DNA of 64,000 nt from Eledone cirrhosa (Eukaryota): the NCBI GenBank assembly GCA_964016885.1, contig OZ024744.1, positions 111,972,001-112,036,000 on the forward strand, written 5' to 3'. A program made the translations under genes and the position numbers. The first letter of the stretch is position 1. Each line of letters begins with the position of its first letter. Below the pieces are notes generated by a model that worked only from the letters and a program-made list of their open reading frames with translations, was not told the DNA's origin and did not search any database. Below are positions 12,701 to 24,709 of the stretch, in pieces.

Positions 12701-15189
12701 TGACATAGTGATAAGGGCTATTGACATAGTGATAAGGGCTAATGACATAGTGATAAGGGTTAATGACATAGTGATAAGGGTTAATGACATAGTGATAAGG
12801 GTTAATGACATAGTGATAAGGGCTAATGACATAATGATAAGGGTTAATGACATAGTGATAAGGGTTAATGACATAGTGATAAGGGCTAATGACATAGTGA
12901 TAAGGGTTAATGACAGTGATAAGGGTTAATGACATAGTGATAAGGGCTAATGACATAGTGATAAGGGTTAATGACATAGTGATAAGGGCTAATGACATAG
13001 TGATAAGGGCTAATGACATAATGATAAGGCCTAATGACATAGTGATAAGGGCTAATGACATAATGATAAGGGCTAATGACATAGTGATAAGGGCTAATGA
13101 CATAGTGATAAGGGCTAATGACATAGTGATAAGGGTTAATGACATAGTGATAAGGGTTAATGACATAGTGATAAGGGTTAATGACATAGTGATAAGGGCT
13201 AATGACATAGTGATAAGGGCTAATGACATAGTGATAAGGGCTAATGACATAGTGATAAGGGTTAATGACATAGTGATAAGGGTTAATGACATAGTGATAA
13301 GGGTTAATGACATAGTGATAAGGGCTAATGACATAGTGATAAGGGTTAATGACATAGTGATAAGGGCTAATGACATAGTGATAAGTGTTAATGACATAGT
13401 GATATGGGTTAATGACATAGTGATAAAGGCTAATGACATAGTAATAAGGGTTAATGACATAGTGATAAGGGCTAATGACATAGTGATAAGGGTTAATGAC
13501 ATAGTGATAAGGGTTAATGACATAGTGATAAGGGCTAATGACATAGTGATAAGGGCTAATGACATAGTGATAAGGGCTAATGACATAGTGATAAGGGTTA
13601 ATGACATAATGATAAGGGTTAATGACATAGTGATAAGGGTTAATGACATAGTGATAAGGGTTAATGACATAGAGATAAGGGCTAATGGCATAGTGATAAG
13701 GGTTAATGACATAGTGATAAGGGCTAATGACATAGTGATAAGGGTTAATGACATAGTGATAAGGGCTAATGACATAGTGATAAGGGCTAATGACATAGTG
13801 ATAAGGGCTAATGACATAGTGATAAGGGCTAATGACATAGTGATAAGGGCTAATAACATAGTGATAAGGGTTAATGACATAGTGATAAGGGTTAATGACA
13901 TAGTGATAAGGGTTAATGACATAGTGATAAGGGCTAATGACATAGTGATAAGGGTTAATGACATAGTGATAAGGGTTAATGACATAGTGATAAGGGCTAA
14001 TGACATAGTGATAAGGGCTAATGACATAGTGATAAGGGTTAATGACATAGTGATAAGGGTTAATGACATAGTGATAAGGGTTAATGACATAGTGATAAGG
14101 GCTAATGACATAGTGATAAGGGCTAATGACATAGTGATAAGGGCTAATGACATAGTGATAAGGGCTAATGACATAGTGATAAGGGTTAATGACATAGTGA
14201 TAAGGGTTAATGACATAATGATAAGGGTTAATGACATAGTGATAAGGGCTAATGACATAGTGATAAGGGCTAATGACATAGTGATAAGGGCTAATGACAT
14301 AGTGATAAGGGCTAATGACATAGTGATAAGGGTTAATGACATAGTGATAAGGGTTAATGACATAGTGATAAGGGTTAATGACATAATGATAAGGCCTAAT
14401 GACATAGTGATAAGGGTTAATGACATAGTGATAAGGGTTAATGACATAGTGATAAGGGCTAATGACATAGTGATAAGGGCTAATGACATAGTGATAAGGG
14501 TTAATGACATAGTGATAAGGGTTAATGACATAGTGATAAGGGCTAATGACATAGTGATAAGGGCTAATGACATAGTGATAAGGGCTAATGACATAGTGAT
14601 AAGGGGTAATGACATAGTGATAAGGGCTAATGACATAGTGATAAGGGCTAATGACATAGTGATAAGGGTTAATGACATAGTGATAAGGGCTAACGACAGT
14701 GATAAGGGCTAATGACATAGTGATAAGGGTTAATGACATAGTGATAAGGGTTAATGACAGAGTGATAAGGGTTAATGACATAGTGATAAGGGTTAATGAC
14801 ATAGTGATAAGGGTTAATGACATAGTGATAAGGGTTAATGACATAGTGATAAGGGCTAATGACATAGTGATAAGGCCTAATGACATAGTGATAAGGGCTA
14901 ATGACATAGTGATAAGGGTTAATGACATAGTGATAAGGGTTAATGACATAGTGATAAGGGTTAATGACATAGTGATAAGGGTTAATGACATAGTGATAAG
15001 GGCTAATGACATAGTGATAAGGGTTAATGACAGAGTGATAAGGGTTAATGACATAGTGATAAGGGTTAATGACATAGTGATAAGGGTTAATGACATAGTG
15101 ATAAGGGCTAATGACATAGTGATAAGGGCTAATGACATAGTGATAAGGATTAATGACATAGTGATAAGGGTTAATGACATAGTGATAAC
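6740..15189. repeat. 21-bp satellite CATAGTGATAAGGG(T/C)TAATGA, about 400 copies
   Basis: Directly visible tandem array; rare variant monomers recur about 3.06-3.19 kb apart. Confidence 0.98.
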
Positions 15190-15240
15190 TTTAATTGTTA
15201 AAATAGTTGAGATAAGGAGAAAGAACATTTGCAACAAACC

Positions 15241-15274
<34 letters not shown>

Positions 15275-15678
15275 TATATGATGACAATGATGTTGATGAC
15301 ACTAATGATGTTGATGGTGATGGTGATGATGATGACGGTGATGATGTTTATGACAATGATGATGATGGTGATGTTGATGATGGGTGACGATGATGATGGT
15401 GATGGTGTTGATGATGATGGCAATGCTGATGATGACAATGATGATGATGGTGATGATGATGGTGATGATGATGATGGTGTTGATGGTCATGGTCATGACA
15501 ATGATGATGATGATGGTGACAATGGTGATAATGACAATGATGATGATGATGATGGTGATGTTGATGACAATGATGATGGTGTTGATGGTGATGATGATGA
15601 CAATGATGATGATGGTGACAATGGTGATAATGACAATGATGATGATGATTATAGCAATGATGATGATGGTGATGACAA
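15241..15678. repeat. Degenerate (GAT)n microsatellite
   Basis: Direct inspection. Confidence 0.95.
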
Positions 15679-15814
15679 GAAAAAAATTCTGTTCAAACGA
15701 ATTTAAAAAAAAAAACACCCAAAAAACAAAAAAACAATAAAGATAAAAAGAAAGGAATGAAATAAACCAACAAAGAAGCAGGTTCAGTAATAAACAAACA
15801 AATGCCATACACAG

Positions 15815-15885
15815 ATGTGTGTGTGTGTATATGTATATATGTGTGTGTGTGTGTACATATGTATGTGTGTGTGTGTATGTATGTT

Positions 15886-15916
<31 letters not shown>

Positions 15917-16139
15917 GTGTGTGGTGTATGTGTATATATGTGTGTGGTGTATGTGTATATGTGTGTGTGGTGTATGTGTATATATGTGTGTGTGTGTGTA
16001 TGTATGTTCGTGTGTGTGTACATGTATATATGTGTGCGTGTGGTGTATGTCTATATATGTGTGTGTGTGTATGTATGTTTGTGTGTGTGTGTGTATGTTC
16101 GTGTATGTGTACATGTATATGTATGTGTGTGTGTACATG

Positions 16140-16186
<47 letters not shown>

Positions 16187-17124
16187 ATATGTTTGTGTGT
16201 GCGTGTATATATATGTGTGTGTGTGTGTACATATGTATGTGTGTGTGTGTATGTATGTTTGTGTGTGTGGTGTACATGTATATATATGTGTGTGTGTACA
16301 TATATATATGTGTGTGTGTATGTATGTGTGTGTACATGTATATATGTGTGTGTGTGTATGTTCGTGTGTGTGTGTGTACATGTATATGTGTGTGTGTGTA
16401 TGTTCGTGTGTGTGTGTGTACATGTATATATGTGTGTGTGTGTATGTTCGCGTGTGCGTGTACATGTATATATGTGTGTGTGTGTATGTATGTATGTGTG
16501 TATGTATGTTTGTGTGTGTACATGTATATATGTGTGTGTGTGTGTACATGTATATATGTATGTGTGTGTGTGTGTATGTATATGTGTGTGTGTGTATGTT
16601 CGTGTGTGTGTGTACATGTATATATATGTGTGTGTATGTATGTTCGTGTGTGTGTGTACATGTATATATATGTGTGTGTGTATGTGTATATATGTGTGTG
16701 TGTGTTTGTGTGTGTGTGTACATGTATATATATGTGTGTGTACATGTATTTATGTATGTGTATGTATATATATATATGTGTGTGTGTGTGTGTATGTATA
16801 TATATATGTGTGTGTATGTACATGTATATATGTGTGTGTGTATGTATGTTTGTGTGTGTGTGTACATGTATATGTGTGTGTGTGTGTACATGTATTTATG
16901 TATGTGTGTGTATATATATATGTGTGTGTGTGTGTATGTATGTTCGCGTGTGTGTGTGTACATGTATATATGTGTGTGTATGTATGTTCGTGTGTGTGTG
17001 TACATGTATATATGTGTGTGTGTGTGTATGTATGTTCATGTGTGTGTGTATGTATGTATGTTCGTGTGTGTGTGTACATGTATATATGTGTGTGTATGTA
17101 TGTTCGTGTGTGTGTGTACATGTA

Positions 17125-17155
<31 letters not shown>

Positions 17156-17648
17156 ATGTATGTATGTATGTATGTATGTATGTATGTATGTATGTATGTA
17201 TGTATGTATGTATGTATGTATGTATGTATGTATGTATGTATGTTCGTGTGTGTGTGTATGTATGTATGTTCGTGTGTGTGTGTACATGTATGTGTGTGTG
17301 TATGTATGTATGTATGTTCGTGTGTGTGTGTACATGTATGTGTGTGTGTATGTATGTATGTATGTTCGTGTGTGTGTGTACATGTATATATGTGTGTGTG
17401 TGTATATATATATATGTGTGCATGTGTGTACATATATATATATATATGTGTATGTGTGAGTATGTACATGTATATATGTGTGTGTGTGTATATGTATGTT
17501 CGTGTGTGTGTGTACATGTATATATGTGTGTGTGTGTGTACATGTATTTATGTATGTGTGTGTCTGTGCATGTGTGTATTTATATATATGTGTGTGTATT
17601 TATATATATATATGTGTATGTATGTTCGTCTGTGTGTGTGTAAATGTA

Positions 17649-17691
<43 letters not shown>

Positions 17692-17707
17692 ATATATATG
17701 TGTGTGC

Positions 17708-17763
<56 letters not shown>

Positions 17764-17784
17764 ATATATATGTGTGTGCATGTG

Positions 17785-17815
<31 letters not shown>

Positions 17816-17829
17816 ATATATGTATGTGC

Positions 17830-17873
<44 letters not shown>

Positions 17874-17978
17874 ATATATATGTGTGTATATATGTGTGCA
17901 TGTGTATATATATATATATAAATATATATATATGTGTGTGTGTGTATATATATTTGTGTATATATGTGTGCATGTGTG

Positions 17979-18009
<31 letters not shown>

Positions 18010-18010
18010 A
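15815..18010. repeat. Compound (TG)n/(TA)n/(TATG)n microsatellite
   Basis: Direct inspection; recurring GTTCGTG and GTACATGTA sub-units. Confidence 0.95.
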
Positions 18011-18360
18011 AATAAATATGTAAAGTTGATGGTGATAGACAGCCGGACCTGCTGTCACATATTGATTAGTTTCGAAGGCAGTCATGTCTATAAAAATGAA
18101 ATAAAATCAGATAATAAAATAAATAAATAAAAACTAAGATTTATGTCCTTATAAAGAGCTGAACATTCATTAGGTAACAGCTCTGTATGTGATTCTTTGA
18201 TAGTACAACCGTAACAACAACCAGTTTAATCCTTTAGCATTTAAACCAGTTGTATCTGCTCAGAATTCTCTCACCTCTTTCTGTTCAAACCAGCTCTAAC
18301 TGGCCACTCATACTGATGTTAAGGTATTGTTCTCAAAATAAACACCATCAAAATCTCATA

Positions 18361-19229
18361 GATTCTATGTTATGTGAGATAGATTCGATATTATGTGAGA
18401 GAGATTCGATATTAGGTGAGGTAGATTGGATATTAGGTGAGAGAGATTCGATATTATGTGAGGTAGATTCGATATTATGTGAGGTAAATTCGATATTATG
18501 TGAGAGAGATTCGATATTATGTGAGGTAGATTCGATATTATGTGAGGTAAATTCGATATTATGTGAGGTAGATTCGATATTATGTGAGGTAGATTCGATA
18601 TTATGTGAGATTCGATATTATGTGAGGTAGATTCGATATTATGTGAGGTAGATTCGATATTATGTGAGATAGATTCGACATTATGTGAGGTAGATTCGAT
18701 ATTATGTGAGGTAGATTCGATATTATGTGAGGTAGATTCGATATTATGTGAGGTAGATTCGATATTATGTGAGAGAGATTCGATATTATGTGAGGTAGAT
18801 TCGATATTATGTGAGAGAGATTCGATATTATGTGAGATAGATTCGATATTATGTGAGGTAGATTCGATATTATGTGAGGTAGATTCGATATTATGTGAGG
18901 TAGATTCGATATTATGTGAGGTAGATTCGATATTATGAGAGATAGATTCGATATTATGTGAGAGAGATTCGATATTATGTGAGATAGATTCGATATTATG
19001 TGAGATAGATTCGATATTATGAGAGATAGATTCGATATTATGTGAGAGAGATTCGATATTATGAGAGAGAGATACGATATTATGTGAGATAAATTCGATA
19101 TTATGTGAGAGAGATTCGATATTATGTGAGATAGATTCGATATTATGTGAGGTAAATTCGATATTATGTGAGAGAGATTCGATATTATGAGAGAGAGATA
19201 CGATATTATGTGACATATTATGTGAGGTT
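18361..19229. repeat. 21-bp minisatellite GATTCGATATTATGTGAGGTA, about 41 copies
   Basis: Directly visible tandem array. Confidence 0.97.
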
Positions 19230-19474
19230 AAACGTTTACCACAAAAATATAATAGTAAATATAGAGTAATGTAAATGGTAAAGGGTTAAGGCCCTCTCAA
19301 ATGAGGGGTTAACCTTGTGTGAGATGTGGGATGTACTAATGAAAAGTCCCATTCATGTACATCCCCTCACCAACTACATCCATTTCCTCCCTTATTTAAC
19401 CTAAGTCTTTCTTCATTTTCCTCTTCCTCTACTTCCTTCCACATTTATTCCCATCACTCCTCTCATCCTTGAAG

Positions 19475-19992
19475 ATGGTTGTGGTGGTAGTGGTGGTGGT
19501 GGTGGTAGTAGAGGTGGTGGTGGTGTTGGTGGTAATAGTGGTGGTGGTGGTGGTGAGGGTGGTGGTGATGGTGGTGGTGGTGGTGATGGTGGTAGTAGTG
19601 GTAGTGGTGGTAGTATTGGTGGTGGTGGTGGTAGTGGTGGTTGTGGTAGTGGTAGTGATGGTAGTGGTGTTGGTGGTGGTAGTGGTAGTAGTGGTGGTAG
19701 TAGTAGTAATGGTGGTGGTGGCGGTGGTGGTAGTGTTGGTGGTGGTGATGGTAGTGGTGGTGGTAGTGATGGTGGTGGTAGTGGTGGTGGAAGTGGTGTT
19801 GGTGGTCGTGGTAGTAGTGGTGGTGGTGGTGGTGGTGGTGGTAGTGGTAGTGGTAGTGGTGGTGGTGGTGGTGGTGGTGGTGGTGGTAGTAGTGGTGGTA
19901 GTGGTGGTGGTGGTAGTGGTGGTAGTGGTGGTGGTGGTAGTAATAGTAGTAGTGGTGGTAGTAATGGTAATAGTAGTAGTGGTAGTGGTAGC
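19475..19992. repeat. (GGT/AGT)n microsatellite
   Basis: Direct inspection. Confidence 0.95.
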
Positions 19993-20247
19993 TATTGTTT
20001 ATTCAATAGTCTTATGATTAAAATTGTTCCACCCATTGTTCATTAATGAAAACATAATGTGTACGTATGCATGTGTGTACAGGTGTGTGTACGTTTGTAT
20101 GTGTGTATAGGTGTGTGTACGTATGTATGTGTGTATAGGTGTGTGTACGTATGTATGTATATATATATATATATTAACTATCCAGCGAATTTTCAACCGT
20201 CGAGGTTGTTTTCCACGTTTATATCAACATTTATAAAACAAATTTTG

Positions 20248-20312
20248 TATTTTATCTGATGAAAGCGCACCAAGACTGCCTTGGTTGCCCTTGAAATATA
20301 TATAATAAAATA
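20248..20312 (+). ncRNA. Type I hammerhead ribozyme, minimal stem III
   Basis: tattttat-CTGATGA-aagcgcaccaag/cttggttgccctt-GAAA-tatata-TA-ataaaata; 8-bp stem I and palindromic loop III. Confidence 0.8.
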
Positions 20313-20563
20313 ATTATGGTTTTATAAATATAGTTTTCCATTTATTAATATATATATATATATGTAGATAAATCTACCAAAAGTTTACGGTAGTGTCCAA
20401 TCAGTATGAAGAACTCAATGTAATCCGGATATCATGGAAAGAAGAGATGCATTCAAAAATCACTTTCGGTGAAAGATAAACGGAATACAGGGTCAAGATA
20501 AAATATTTAAAAAATAATGAATAAAACAATGAAACAGTTCCTTATATTAAACAAAAAAAGTTC

Positions 20564-20704
20564 ATTATTTAACGATCGTTTCTAGGACATATATGTGTTA
20601 GAATTGGCATGCATATTCAACAGATCTATGTACAAAATTATACAAAATTATACAAACTATCAAATAGAATATACATACCAACACATACATATGCCGTCTT
20701 CAGA

Positions 20705-20710
<6 letters not shown>
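20564..20710 (-). ncRNA. Type I hammerhead ribozyme with extended stem II
   Basis: Minus strand reads attattt-CTGAAGA-cggcatatgtatgtgttgg...ctaacacatatatgtccta-GAAAC-gatc-GTT-aaataat. Confidence 0.7.
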
Positions 20711-20780
<70 letters not shown>

Positions 20781-20783
<3 letters not shown>

Positions 20784-21250
20784 CAAAAGGGATATTCAAT
20801 TTGTTGGTAAATCAACAAATATAAATGTTTATAACTGATTCAGAGCACTCAACAAGTTTTCCTAAGTATAATATTCAATGATATTAAATAAATGGAAACT
20901 ATATTTATAAAACCATATTTATTCTATTATATATATTTCAAGGGTACCAAAACTTTGGTACGCTCTCATCAGATAAAATACAAAGTTTGTTTTATAAATA
21001 TTGACATAACCAAGAAAAGATACCTTAACGGTTCAAGTTTTTCTTGGATATCCAAGAAAAACTTGAACCGTTAAGGTATCTTTTGTTTTGGGTTATGTCA
21101 AAATTTCTTGGTTATGTCAATAATTATAAAACAAAATTTGTATTTTTATCTGATGACAGCGTACCAAAGTTTTGGTACTCTTGAAATATATATAATAGAA
21201 TATATATGGTTTTATAAATATAGTTTCCATTTATTTAATATCATTGAATA
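20781..21250. mobile_element. Fold-back double-hammerhead element (PLE terminal-repeat derived)
   Basis: Palindrome 20872-21250 centred on GGAT|ATCC (21049/21050). HHR on the minus strand at 20920-20980 and on the plus strand at 21142-21201. An unpaired ~90-nt tail runs into (TA)n. Confidence 0.8.
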
Positions 21251-21317
21251 TATATATATTCTTTATACATTCACTCGTGTAGGACACCTCGGTTATTTTT
21301 CATTTTGTAAAAAAAAC

Positions 21318-23580
21318 CTACAAAGCGAGGACCAAAAACGTGAGGTGTTCAGGAGCTAGGCAATGTGTCAAGGAAAACCGTGATATTGTGTGTACTTAAT
21401 GATGATGGCGTACTTGCCATCACTGACGCTGATAAGAAGGTAGCTTGGAAGTGTCACTACGAAAGGCTACTAAATGAGGAGAATAAATGGGAGAAAGACA
21501 GTCTCCCCCACATCGACCCAATAGAGGGACCAGCAGTGTTAGTCGAAGGTAGTATAATAAGTAAGGCAATCAAAGATATGAAGACGGGTAAGGCGGCTGG
21601 GCCTTCGGAAATAGTTGCTGAGATACTGAAAGCCTCTGGAACGGTAGGACACACCATGGTCACCCGGATAGTAAACCAAGTCATACAGAATGGGGTTGTT
21701 CCGAAGGACTGGCGTAGCAGCATCATCATGAACTGCTATAAGGGTAAAGGAGACGCCCTTGATAGGAGTAACTATAGAGGCATTAAATTAATCGGCCAGG
21801 TCATGAAGGTCACGGAAAAAGTAATAGCGCAACTAATCAGAGAGAGAGTTGATCTAGATGAAATGCAGTTCGGGTTTGTATCAGGCAAAAGTACCACAGA
21901 CGCTCTTTTCATTGTACGACAACTACAGGAGAAGTACCTAGCTAAAAGTAAACTCCTATACTTAGCTTTTGTCGACTTGGAGAAAGCCTTCGACAGAGTT
22001 CCCCGTTCCATTATCTGGTGGGCTCTTAGAAAACTAGGTGTTGATGAATGGCTTGTGAGAGCTATACAAGCCATGTATAAAGAAACAGTCAGCAAGGTTA
22101 GAATTAACAACGAATATAGTGAAGAGTTTAGCGTAAAAGTTTGTGTTCATCAGGGCTCTGTTCTTAGCCCCCTACTATTTATTATTGCCCTTCAGGCTAT
22201 AACAGTGGAGTTCAAGACCGGCTGCCCATGGGAACTCCTATACGCAGATGATCTAACGCTCATAACTGAATCAATGGCCGAGCTAGAGAAGAAATTCCAA
22301 ACATGGAAGCACGGCCTAGAATCAAAAGGCCTTAAAATTAACCTGGCTAAGACTAAAGTTCTAGTTTGTAGGAAAGAAAATAAGGCGCCGGTCCCTTCCG
22401 GGAAATGGCTATGCTCAGTGTGTAGGAAAGGCGTAGGTAGAAACTCCATTTTATGTCCCAAATGCAAAATATGGGTGCATAAAAGATGTAGTGGGATCAC
22501 AGGTAAGCTAACTAAGAACACAGATTTTACATGTGGCCGGTGCTCTGGTGCAATAAGTAGCAGCAAGTGCCCACTAAATACTAGCTCTTTCAATTGCGCA
22601 GAGGGTTCTATAGAAATAGTGGACAGCTTCCGTTACCTGGGTGACAAAATTAGCAGTGGGGAGGGTGCTCTGAAAGTACAGTAGCTAGAGTCAGAACTGG
22701 ATGGAAAAAGTTCAGAGATCTTATACCACTATTAGCCACTAAAGGGTTCTCCCTAAAAATGAAAGGCAGGCTGTATGATGCCTGCATACGAACAGCAATG
22801 TTGCATGGCAGCGAGACCTGGGCATTGTGTACAGAGGATATACGCAGACTAGAGAGGACCGAAGCTTGCATGCTCCGCTGGATGTGTAATAGTAATATAC
22901 GTGAACGGCAAAGCATAAACGAACTAAGGGAAAAATTAGAAATAAGAGGGATCAGATGCTGTTTACTCGAGAGAAGGCTACGTTGGTATGGTCACGTGGT
23001 GCGCATGAAAGACGACAGCTGTATAAAAAAGTGCAGGGCAATAAAGATAGACGGTAGTCACGGAATAGGCAGACCTAGAAAAACTTGGGACGACCTGATA
23101 AATTCCGACCTCACACACTTACACCTCACCAAGACAATGTCACTGGACCGAGATCTTTGGTGGTACTCAGTAATAGAGAAGACCCGCCTTACCTAAATAC
23201 AAAGTAAAACCTACTACAGTCAGTAGGCATCTCTAACAAAATATATCCCCACCACCCCCGTCCCATCCACACCGCCCCTTTCAATGTAAAGTTATGTTGA
23301 TGTCACAACATCCAGGCCGAAACAAATGAGATCGTGTAGGTGTCACGACAAAAAAAAACACACAGTCCACGCTGTAATGTGGCCGTGTAGGCAACACGGC
23401 AAAAACCTCCGAGTCCCACACTGTAAATGTGGTTGGTGTTAGAAAGGGCATCCAGCTGTTGAAAACCCGCCAGACAGTCCTATGCGAGCAAGACAACCAC
23501 TCTTGCCTCAAGTGGGAAAACTCCCGTCTAAACCCATGCAAGCGTGGAACATGGACGTTAAACGATGATGATGATGATGA
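21318..23580 (+). mobile_element. 5'-truncated RTE-clade LINE, best-preserved copy
   Basis: ORF 21365-22684 contains YKGKGD, QFGF, FVDLEKAFDRV, QGSVLSP, YADD and FRYLG. A frameshift near 22660 precedes ORF 22759-23196 (RRLRWYGHV, GRPRKTW). A 3'UTR and (GAT)n tail follow. Confidence 0.95.
21365..22684 (+). pseudogene. Non-LTR reverse transcriptase fragment with PHD-like zinc-finger insert
   Basis: YADD at 22241-22252; C-x2-C...C-x2-C-x4-H-x2-C...C-x2-C at 22412-22543. Confidence 0.9.
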
Positions 23581-23708
23581 TATATGTATATATGTATGTA
23601 TTTGTAACGGCTTGAGTAGGCAATTGTTAGTACATGTGGTTGCAGTGTTGAGCTTACAGATTCAATGTTGTGGGTTTAATTCCAAGACTGGGTTCTTTCT
23701 CATTACTC

Positions 23709-24270
23709 CAGTCAACTGAACTGGGAGTTAATCCAGTGATGGACAGTCAAATGAACTGGGCGTTAATCCAGCGATGGACAGTCAACTGAACTGGGCGTTA
23801 ATTCAGTGATGGCCAGTCAACTGAACTGGGAGTTAATCCAGTAATGGACAGTCAGCTGAACTAGGAGTTAATCCAGTGATGGACAGTCAACTGAACTGGG
23901 AGTTAATCCAGTGATGGACAGTCAACTGAACTGGGAGTTAATCCAGTGATGGACAGTCAACTGAACTGGGCGTTAATCCAGTGATGGACAGTCAACTGAA
24001 CTGGGAGTTAATCCAGTGATGGACAGTCAACTGAACTGGGAGTTAATCCAGTGATGGACAGTCAACTGAACTGGGAGTTAATCCAGTGATGGACAGTCAA
24101 CTGAACTGGGAGTTAATCCAGTAATGGACAGTCAGCTGAACTGGGAGTTAATCCAGTGATGGACAGTCAACTGAACTGGGCGTTAATCCAGTGATGGACA
24201 GTCAACTGAACTGGGCGTTAATCCAGTGATGGACAGTCAACTGAACTGGGCGTTAATCCAGTGATGGACA
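23709..24270. repeat. 35-bp minisatellite CAGTCAACTGAACTGGGAGTTAATCCAGTGATGGA, about 16 copies
   Basis: Period 35 (23711, 23746, 23781...). Confidence 0.95.
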
Positions 24271-24422
24271 GGGGTGAATTTTGTATTCCCAGTCATTTAA
24301 TGGCAATGAAAAAAAGATAACCTTTGATGTGTCTTTAACATTGTCCTTCACTCTCACCATCTCTCTCTCTCTATATATATATATATGTATATATGTATAT
24401 ATATACATATATATATATACAC

Positions 24423-24486
<64 letters not shown>

Positions 24487-24540
24487 CGTTTCTGAATTTG
24501 TTTAGCAAGATTCTTTATCTGAAATCGTGTGTTGAAACCG

Positions 24541-24709
<169 letters not shown>

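Noticed and set aside
6740-15189. CRISPR-like or telomeric interpretation of the array
   Set aside because: There are no unique spacers or cas genes. TAAGGGTTA only resembles TTAGGG, and no true telomeric hexamer run is present.
6574-15438. Very long ORFs on both strands (MSLTLIT / IVIRVND / NPYHYVI repeats)
   Set aside because: These follow automatically from a 21-bp monomer lacking stops in some frames. Frames switch at 2-bp deletions and there is no unique domain.
15302-18130. His/Thr- and Cys/Val-rich ORFs
   Set aside because: Translations of (CA)/(TG)/(TA) microsatellites. The same applies to the YI-rich ORFs at 27-29, 36 and 59 kb.
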